Assembly (NCBI RefSeq): GCF_001194135.2
Contig: NC_068999.1
Location: 1,540,479-1,604,478 of the forward strand
Direction: 5' to 3'
DNA from: Octopus bimaculoides
Taxonomy: Eukaryota
Length of the DNA: 64,000 nt
Position 1 is the stretch's first letter; each line of letters begins with the position of its first letter. The position numbers and the translations under genes are program-made. The notes beneath the pieces were generated by a model. It had not been told where the DNA came from. It saw nothing but the letters and a program-made list of their open reading frames with translations, and searched no databases. Of this stretch, positions 54,539-64,000 are shown in pieces.

Positions 54539-56439
54539 TAGCGTCTTAGAGACATTTGGTTTCTATGTCTAGCAATTTGTGACACCGTGTCTCCAAGGTC
54601 GTGCTCCAGCATAGCCGCATTCTAAGGACAGGAACAAGTAAATGATAAAATATGAAAGATATATCCTAAATAATTTGTGCGAATTCTTTCTTGGTAATAA
54701 CTTGCAATATTGAGATATTTTCTGTCTCGGGAAGACATGCTGTCACAGAAACCTCTGCAACCATTTCGTAAACAATTTTTATGAATAGTCTGTGTCTAAA
54801 AGGTTTCAATTTTGAGTTATCTATATTTTTGTTCAAGAAGGTCTGTCGCCATTTTACCCTGTCTCATTGTTTCCTCACAATTCCCATTACAAGTTCGTTC
54901 TGAATTTGGCGTTTCTATTCTAGTTCTTTATGGAGTATTTCCTGTTAATACTTACAGAACATAGTATTGCAGATATATCGATTGTTGTTGTCAACTTGTA
55001 AATGCAGTGTCCTTTACTGAATTCGCAAACGGCTAAGCGTGAATGGAACAGGTCGTACACCGCGGCAATATTAGCAATGAGGGAAAGGTTTGCGATTAAA
55101 TGCCTCACAGCACTAATTTACTTTCTTTATATTCATTCTCTGTTCAAATTCTGCCAAGATATATTTTGACATTTTCTTCGTTCTTCAGTCAATAAAATAT
55201 GTAGAAAACATGAAATGAAAGAAAATAAATGCAATACGGTGAACTTCCTAATAAAGCTTTCGCTAATGTAAATGGGGAATAACGTTTTGTTATTTTCTCT
55301 CTCTGTTGCTAAGGAATATGGGAGGAAACAGACAAAGAAAACAATAAGTGAGATGTAAAATATTTTATGTTGTCAAACAAGAAAGTTTAATTTAAAATTA
55401 TACTCTGACTGGCGACAAGAAATTGCCATCAAAATAAGTCTGATTGAAGAAATCCAGGGGAGACAATTCTGGAATTTCTATTGATGTAAATTACTTCAAA
55501 ATAGAATACACAATGAAGTGAGTTGTCTAATCTTCGATGGGATAAAAGACAACAATTTTGCATGTTTCAGGCTCATTAAACATTATCAGCGAAGCATAAG
55601 TTGGCTGTTACTGCGTAGGGAAAGTGTGCTGAGCAATGAGAGTCATCGTAAAATTCTTACTGAAAGAAATCGCCATGTTTGAAACGATAAACTTGCGTTG
55701 CATATAAGAACGCGGCCCCAAAGTATAGATCAGAAAACGAGGACTCAGGTATCTAAGGAAGTGAGTATGTATGATTTGGAGTAGACTCGATAGTTATCTC
55801 TAGAAACCTTTATCTTTTACATTTATATTCAAATATATCGAAGCAGTAAGATGCGTAAACATCTTGTTTATGATCATAGTACAAAAGATATTAACGTTAA
55901 CTATCTACTACTAGTTTCAGTTAGTATTCACATACAATGTATAAAGCTATATACGATTTTCGGATATATTGTACATAACTATCAATTATGAGATTAATGT
56001 CTTGATTCGTTTCTAGCTTTTGTCTTCAGGACAAAAACCACGGTTGTTACACTATCTTCAACAAACTATGTCACCTTTGTACTTAATAATTACTGGAGAC
56101 TTGCGATTAGAGATAACGGCTGTTTTATTTGATTGTCGAAGTTATTATACTAGAAAATTATTGTTTATAATAATGGGTTGTTAAGTCAAAAGTTATTATA
56201 TTTTGCCATTTTATATAAAAAGATTGGGAACGGGGGAAAAAAAAATCTTCAACGTAAAAGATAGCTAAAATATTGCGTTGCTGAACTTGAGCAGACAATA
56301 AAAAAACAGCGGCATTGTTGTGGGTTTTTAAAGTATTGCTGTTATGAGATATAAGAGAATGTAAAAGAAATGGAATGTTATAACAGAGTCTATAGAGTGG
56401 AGTGCTTGATTCTCTCTGTTTCACGTGTTCATTTCTTAT

Positions 56440-56700
56440 CTTTTACTTCTTTCGGTTAATTTGACTGCGGCCATGCTGGAACACCTGCATCGTACTTACC
56501 ACGGAGGAATCGGCGTAGGCTTAAATAATAAACCGCGATAGGTAAACCGCGATATGGCGAGGGATTATTGTATATATGAGACGGGTTTCATCCTACCAAA
56601 TCCAGTCACAAGGCTTTGCTCAAATCAAAACTATATGAGAAGACAATTGCCCCAAAGCACCATTCAATGAGACTGAACACAAAACTACGATTTATTATCG
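56440..56700 (-). mobile_element. SINE family B, internally deleted copy
   Basis: The plus strand shows the reverse-complement tail TTGACTGCGGCCATGCTGGAACACC, body CTACCAAATCCAGTCACAAGGCTTTG and head AGAAGACAATTGCCCAAAGCACC..GAGACTGAAC. Confidence 0.7.
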
Positions 56701-57055
56701 TCTTAGGAAATAATTTGTTTGCGGATTTTAATAGGGGTTTGTTGAAAAATTGACAGGAACAGGAACTTAAGAGTGTCGGATTAAACATCTTCAGGTAGTT
56801 GTCAACGGAAGTTCCGATATGGCCAAGAAGAAATTTTGGCACCCTTGCTCAATTCAATGAGTAAGGCGTATTTAATTAATCCTAATCCTCCTTAAAATAT
56901 ATAAAACTCTGCTTTAGTTAATTTTAACTAAATTAGTTAATTCTCATACCCAATCTCCAATGTCATTGTAAATATAATTAATGGTATCATCAAAATCTCA
57001 AAGCCATGAAATATTAGATCCAACTTTGGGGCCATGGCCACAATATCTACGACGG

Positions 57056-57243
57056 TGTTAGTCGATTACATCGGCCCCCCATCCCCCATCCCCGAATAGT
57101 CAACTGGTACTTATTTTATCAACTCTGAAAGAATGAAAGCCAAAGTTGACCTCTGACAACTTTGACCTCAGAACATAAAAGCTGATGAAATTCCGTAAAG
57201 CATTTTACCCGGCGCGGTAATGACTCTTCCGGTTGGCTGCCTT
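57056..57243 (-). mobile_element. SINE family A, diverged copy
   Basis: Reverse complement AAGGCAGCCAACCGGAAGAGTC..GCCGGGTAAAATGCTT..GTTCTGAGGTCAAA..GAGGTCAACTTTGGCTTTCATTCTTTC..GATAAAATAAGTACCAG..GATGTAATCGACTAA. Confidence 0.75.
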
Positions 57244-57286
57244 TCTTGTAAATCCAAGATATACATATTATTATTTATAGATTTAA

Positions 57287-57466
57287 AAGGGGTGAGCTGG
57301 TAGAATCGTACGCACACCGGGCGAACTTTTTACCGGTATTTCGCCTGCCACTACGATTTGAGTTCAAATTCCTCAGAAGTCGACTTTGCCTTTCATCCTT
57401 TCGGGGTCGATTGAATGAGTACCAAATACGTACTGGGGTTGATGTAATCGACTTAATCCCTTCCCC
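57287..57466 (+). mobile_element. SINE family A, near full-length
   Basis: AAGGGGTGAGCTGGTAGAATCG..CCGGGCGAA..GAGTTCAAATTCC..GTCGACTTTGCCTTTCATCCTTTCGGGGTCGAT..GAGTACC..CTGGGGTTGATGTAATCGACTTAATCCCTTCCCC. Confidence 0.85.
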
Positions 57467-58544
57467 TAAATTTAAGGCATTGTGCTTCAAGTAGAAAAGA
57501 TTATTTATAGATTTATCTAGTTTGGGTTTAACAGTTTAAAACGAACCATTAACATATGGAAGTTTTGTCGTGTATAGAGAGAGTTGTGATGTTGGGAGTT
57601 CAATCCTGCCAGGCGACACAATAGCATCCACCTCGAGTTACCCCAAACCGCTTCAATGAAGTTAGGAATGACAAGAAATGTACCTAAGCCCTTTCGCTAA
57701 ATTGCACTTCATGAATTGTGTTTACAGCAAATTTTCCTCTCACCTATTTCAAACAAATCTGTGCAGGTCATGAAGTTACCCTTCATTCATCTTCTCAATA
57801 GACCATAAAATGTCTAAAGCAGAAGTTTCAATGCGTTAACTTATGTAGGGCACTGCAGATATACGACACACATTCCACTGTGTTCCATTATATTCTATAC
57901 TATTGCAGTAATAAATTTATCTGGGGAAATTTTATTCTATGAGTTTTTTTATCACGATTTTAAATAAAACAGAACAAAAGCCATAATTGTTTTTTGATCA
58001 GTTATATCGAAAAAAATATAAAAATAAAATTGATTTATTTCCAGAACACGTCAATGTTTATACGACATGTAAAAGAAAATAGAACAATTGCAGTGTATGT
58101 AACTATGGTGGAACACATAAAAGAGGGAACGGCAAATTGAGATGCTGCACATTGATAATAGTCGCATTTCCATGTGTGTGTGTGTGTGTGTGTGTAAAGA
58201 GACAGATATATAGACAAATAAGTACATACAAACATACATATATATATGCATATGTATATATATATATGTATATATATTTATNNNNNNNNNNNNNNNNNNN
58301 NNNNNNNNNNNNNNNNNNNNNNNNNNNNNNNNNNNNNNNNNNNNNNNNNNNNNNNATTAGTATATATGCACACATTTATAAAACATATATATATATATAT
58401 ATACATACTTGCGCGCGCGCAAACACAATAATATATATATGAGTGTGTGTGTGTGTACATCTAGGTGTACTTTGGGCCGATTCTTTGTCTCTTCATCCTT
58501 ATTTCTGTCTGCATCTCTCTCTAAATATATATATATATATATAT

Positions 58545-58635
58545 ACCGGAGTAAGCACATGAAATGTGCAACAAGGTGGAAGAAAGAGCACTCAAATACC
58601 AGAGGTAGAGTAATATGCTTTATTTAAAAGCAACA
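58545..58635 (-). repeat. Short interspersed repeat 3' terminus (AATAAA plus tail running into (TA)n), possibly a PLE terminal repeat
   Basis: Minus strand TTTTAAATAAAGCATATTACTCTACCTCTGGTATTTGAGTGCTC..GTGCTTACTCCGG(TA)n. The family assignment is from recollection only. Confidence 0.35.
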
Positions 58636-59829
58636 GAAATATGACAAAAAGCTGTATGAATGTGCGTTCCTGTGTTCGTATGTTCGTACTTGGCTTCGCA
58701 TTTGTCTCTTTGCGCCTTTGTGTTTGAGTGTATTAGTGTGTACAAGAGTGATTGTAAAGTCTTGAAAAAAAAGACTTTAGATAAGTATAACACGAAGAAA
58801 AAAGAAGTATGCGATGCTGATCATCTTTTCGTAAAATGTATTTTTATTAAATCAAAATTTGAAAAATCCTTACTTTGACGCCATTGTTTCTCAAACGAAA
58901 TATGAGAATTGATAAGTGAAAGAGTGGAATATAGAAACGGAATATTCATAAAACTAAACAGAAAAGTGGGATTAGTTGTTTTATATCTTTTATTCAGGCG
59001 TGATAACAGAGGCCATAATATGTTGCAAAAACTCCGAGAAAAGCGGGAGAGAAGATGGTATCTTTAAATCAGAAGATTCGTCTGAATGTTTCCAGCAGAG
59101 TATGCTCTGCTTAAAATACCTACAGAACCAAGTTATGAAGGTACAGTGATAAAATATAATACATAAGAAAACAAATTCATTTCTTGTCTGCAATAGCGAA
59201 ATATTTCTTTTGGTATATATATTATAAAGGAAACGACTGAAGATATATAGAAAATAAAATAAATAATAATATTTGAGATTGTGCTAAAAAACAATCATAC
59301 TAACTAGACTTATTTTAGACCATTCACAAAACCTAATTTAGGCTGTAACACTACAAAAACAAAGAGAAGGCGACATGTTGTTTTCGAAAATGAGTTGATA
59401 TGATCACAATGAGAAAAAGATATCTTAATGTGTTAATGTTCAGAACGTTCTCCACGTTGACTTCTCCTTCATAAGCTGAACTTCGATAATCAAATACACC
59501 AATACAACCAACGATCAAAAATGGAAATAGAAAAGGAGGAAAAAAATAATGAAATTCAAAATGGGGTCAAGATTTTTGATAAAGAAATTATTTCGTCTGG
59601 TTATTTTTGTATGTGTCGGGTCTTTTATGGGATAATTACGTAACAAAATGGATTACACAAAGATTGCGGAAAGAAAACGGGAAAAGGCCAGAACTGTACA
59701 CTTCTTGAATAAGGGAAAGTAGATCTAAAGTTCTAAAGAATTTCTAAACACGAAAAAAATTGGACAAAATTATGTGTTGGACATTTTCGTTGAAACAAAA
59801 AAATAACATATTTCTTATACCATCCATGT

Positions 59830-60845
59830 GAGGGGATTGATATTTAGTGAGGAACCGGTGTTCGGTTCGTTATTATTACTAGTGTTAAGATTAGTACTTG
59901 TTAAAGAGTTGAGGGTGGTATTGTTGGGTTGTATGGTATGATAATTATTGTGTCCGGTGCTATCTTCTGTGTTGTTCTCTATTTTTATTTGGGCGTTGTG
60001 GTAAATTTAAGGATCGGTTGGTAGCAGTGGCATTATAAGGGTTTGGGTTGTTCAAGGGCTAAATCGATGTATGGAGTTTATATGTATGGAGCTAGGGCTT
60101 ATGTTGAGTTAATTTATTTGGTTGAAGGTTAGCTGGCTGCGTATTTCGGAGTTTCTTGTTGTTAAAATGTCGGATAACTCTGGCAATGTTGTTGTTGGAG
60201 ATGGTGGTGGTTTAGAAAGCGGGTTGCGTGAATTTGTAAATATTTTTGTAGATTTAGGGAAATATTTTTCGAGTAGGGCCAAGAAGAATTTGGGTACTCG
60301 AATTTGGATGGTATGGGCGAAGGTGGGGGAACCAGATTACTTTCCGGATTCTAATTCTTTTAACCTTTTGGAGCGGGGTTACCTGGGTGGAGATAGGGTT
60401 TTGGAGGTGTATGCTGGTGTCTGTTTTTGGTGTATATAGGACGTGGAGTTACCTGGTAGGGGCGTCGTTTGTTAGATCCTCTACTTCTCCGACATTTGGA
60501 CGGGTATTGGAAGGGTGGGATAGGGAGATTTTACGCCTATAATATGGAGGTGCGGAACTGGTTGCTGTTCCAGGTTTAGTGGAGAGAAGAATATCCCAGA
60601 TTGGGAAGTATTCAACTGAGTATTTATATCTGCTACGCTCTTAGACACAATTGTAATATTTAGCATATTGATCGAATAACTCGTTATTAGTAGATAGTGA
60701 GGAGATCCGGTAGGAAACACTTTCCATAATAGACTTTAGGACGGAGGCGGGGTAGTTGGAGACGAATTTCACGTAATGGAGGCTTTTCTCACGCTTGTGG
60801 TATGGGTAGAAGTTTTGGTTTTGCAGGTCGAGGTATACGTCAAGG

Positions 60846-60848
<3 letters not shown>
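59830..60848 (-). mobile_element. Penelope-like element fragment (RT thumb plus low-complexity linkers)
   Basis: NFLDVYLDLQNQNFYPYHKREKSLHYVKFVSNYPASVLKSIMESVSYRISSLSTNNELFDQYAKYYN matches the PLE post-RT NFLDV..YKPYRK..SNHP..RISxLS..YYN block. Further on is RKVIWF/PTF..FFLALLEKYFP. The 5' side is cut by a (TA)n/(TG)n tract at 60849. Confidence 0.85.
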
Positions 60849-60924
<76 letters not shown>

Positions 60925-61279
60925 ATATACAAACATACACGTATAGACACATACATAAGTTCATATAAATATAAGCATGATTCATATCATAAGCCCATAT
61001 ACGTGTATCTGTTTGCTCGTGCATACGTACAGACATATACATACATAATACATATACATACATACATATATATANNNNNNNNNNNNNNNNNNNNNNNNNN
61101 NNNNNNNNNNNNNNNNNNNNNNNNNNNNNNNNNNNNNNNNNNNNNNNNNNNNNNNNNNNNNNNNNNNNNNNNNNNNNNNNNNNNNNNNNNNNNNNNNNNN
61201 NNNNNNNNNNNNNNNNNNNNNNNNNNNNNNNNNNNNNNNNNNNNNNNNNNNNNNNNNNNNNNNNNNNNNNNNNNNNNNN

Positions 61280-61340
<61 letters not shown>

Positions 61341-61822
61341 GTGTGTGTATAATAATCGTCGTCAACATTACTTTTTATTGTTATTGCTTTAAATAAACTA
61401 AACCTTGTAAACAAGATTCTTCCCACTGATAGTGAATATTGCGAAAAATAGCATCAACAATAAGTGGAGGATATAAAGTTTCTAATGGAAATATTCTCAT
61501 TGTTTTTTCTTGTTTCTTTGTGTTTATGTGTGTGTGTTTTTGTTTTCTTTCCTTTCTTATGGAAACACTTTATATTAAATAACAGAGTATTCCAGAAGAA
61601 ATAAATTTGTTTATGTTTTTTTTAGCTTTAGACATGATAATTCCAAATATAACGACATTTTACTGTACAATAGGAAAGATAAAAAAAATTAGGATTTTGA
61701 GAAAAAATGAAAGTTTAGTATAATAGTCAATACAAACACAGAAGTTGTAGAGAAAGAAAAAGAATAATAATAGTAATAAAGTAACAATACCATCACTACA
61801 AACAACAATATACAGGAGCAGG

Positions 61823-61868
<46 letters not shown>

Positions 61869-62940
61869 NNNNNNNNNNNNNNNNNNNNNNNNNNNNNNNN
61901 NNNNNNNNNNNNNNNNNNNNNNNNNNNNNNNNNNNNNNNNNNNNNNNNNNNNNNNNNNNNNNNNNNNNNNNNNNNNNNNNNNNNNNNNNNNNNNNNNNNN
62001 NNNNNNNNNNNNNNNNNNNNNNNNNNNNNNNNNNNNNNNNNNNNNNNNNNNNNNNNNNNNNNNNNNNNNNNNNNNNNNNNNNNNNNNNNNNNNNNNNNNN
62101 NNNNNNNNNNNNNNNNNNNNNNNNNNNNNNNNNNNNNNNNNNNNNNNNNNNNNNNNNNNNNNNNNNNNNNNNNNNNNNNNNNNNNNNNNNTGTACATATA
62201 TATATATGTATATATATGCACACACACATATACCTATACACGCACACACACACGCACAAATATATATATATATATATATATATGCGTGTACGTATCTCTA
62301 TATGTATACACCCATATATAGGTATATGTGCATGCATACATAAGGCATTTCTCGATATATTAAGAATATTATTTTGTGACTATTGTTGTTATTATTTTTA
62401 TTATTAATGTTTTGTAAATCACTGAGACAAAGAAACTTAACTGAAGGAAAATTCCGAACATGAGACGTAGAATGAAATGTTTACCTGTTTGCAGTAGCTG
62501 TCTGTGACTTCGAAATTTTGCTGAAAAATGCGCATCAACCCATGTTTCATAAGCGCTGCCCAACACAATATTTAGTTCGCCATACAAGATAATGCATACT
62601 CCGATAGACAAACTTCACACAAGACATCTTTCACATCTCAGGACAAACTCCGCCAGATATTAAACACTTCACCAAACGATCTAATCAGCACCGGACAATG
62701 CACATTGAACCTGGCGTTCCAGCTATGATCTACCTATCGTTTTGTATATTAGGGAATATGCTTTCATCTAAATTATTCCATTTTTTAAGTTGGTAGCATG
62801 CGGATGAATTTCTATCAGGTCAAACGAACGCCTAGAAGAGTCCTCATTTAATATTGTACATGATTGTTCTGTGCATGCAGTAATGTATTGCCGTTTTCTC
62901 TTCTTAACTGCAACTTCATCCTAACATTTCGCTCCTGCAG

Positions 62941-63047
62941 GGACCTCGGAACAAAACTAATCAATATTATCACTTGCTTAGTAACTGTTGGCCATTTTAA
63001 TATTGTGATGTTCCTATTCTACTCACATACATTCCTTGTGTGTATAT
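62941..63047 (+). other. Candidate 107-nt exon
   Basis: Branch-like CTAAC plus ATTTCGCTCCTGCAG|G acceptor and TAT|GTGAGT donor. One frame is open and hydrophobic (DLGTKLINIITCLVTVGHFNIVMFLFYSHTFLVCI). Confidence 0.3.
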
Positions 63048-63316
63048 GTGAGTAAGAGAGAGAGAGAGAGAAATTCTGTGTATGTAAACCTACGTAACAA
63101 AAATAAGCAAGCGTGGAAAACTTGAAGTATTTATTCGTAGCCTGAAACAAAAATTAAAAGAACAACTTTAATAGATTTGCGATCGGTCTCATTAGAGTTG
63201 TCTGCGTCACTTAAACAATCCCAGAGAAACAGACCACCAATCTGATTATATACTCAGCAAAAATCCAGTAGTTTAACATACACACACGTATTTGTATGTG
63301 TATGTACATGGATATA

Positions 63317-63348
<32 letters not shown>

Positions 63349-64000
63349 NNNNNNNNNNNNNNNNNNNNNNNNNNNNNNNNNNNNNNNNNNNNNNNNNNNN
63401 NNNNNNNNNNNNNNNNNNNNNNNNNNNNNNNNNNNNNNNNNNNNNNNNNNNNNNNNNNNNNNNNNNNNNNNNNNNNNNNNNNNNNNNNNNNNNNNNNNNN
63501 NNNNNNNNNNNNNNNNNNNNNNNNNNNNNNNNNNNNNNNNNNNNNNNNNNNNNNNNNNNNNNNNNNNNNNNNNNNNNNNNNNNNNNNNNNNNNNNNNNNN
63601 NNNNNNNNNNNNNNNNNNNNNNNNNNNNNNNNNNNNNNNNNNNNNNNNNNNNNNNNNNNNNNNNNNNNNNNNNNNNNNNNNNNNNNNNNNNNNNNNNNNN
63701 NNNNNNNNNNNNNNNNNNNNNNNNNNNNNNNNNNNNNNNNNNNNNNNNNNNNNNNNNNNNNNATATATATATATATATATATATATATAGCATACGTATA
63801 CAAGCATATATGTACGTATATATACATGTGTATTTGTATATGTGGTGGGAGAGATGTATATCTTCAGTGCTGCCAAGCGATATGAAATCTGCGCTAACAC
63901 CATTAATGCACTGGCCTGTGTAACCCAATACAAAACTGTCATATTCTTTATGTTGTTATGCAAACTAAAGAAGTCATTAAATTCACAAATAATTTTTTTT

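Overview
AT-rich, microsatellite-saturated eukaryotic DNA with 17 N-gaps, almost all flanked by (AT)n, (AG)n or (GT)n tracts. The repeat landscape (three abundant tRNA-headed SINE families, Penelope-like elements, compound di/tri/tetranucleotide arrays) looks like an octopod cephalopod draft assembly; this is inference from recalled repeat families, not a database result. No intact protein-coding gene is recognisable, and almost all ORFs in the supplied track are microsatellite or N-gap artefacts. Supported content is transposon debris: three Penelope-like element (PLE) pieces, one spanning RT to GIY-YIG; an R4/Dong-type RLE LINE fragment; a CR1/L2-like LINE 3' end; a mariner 5' end; a possible Helitron end; and about 16 SINE copies or fragments. 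Several unassigned exon-like islands are also present. The most interesting signal is a well-formed type I hammerhead ribozyme on the minus strand (10731-10809). It has a palindromic stem III and sits in the loop of a ~257-nt imperfect foldback (10657-10913), a retrozyme- or viroid-like architecture. All alignments, folds and translations were done by eye.
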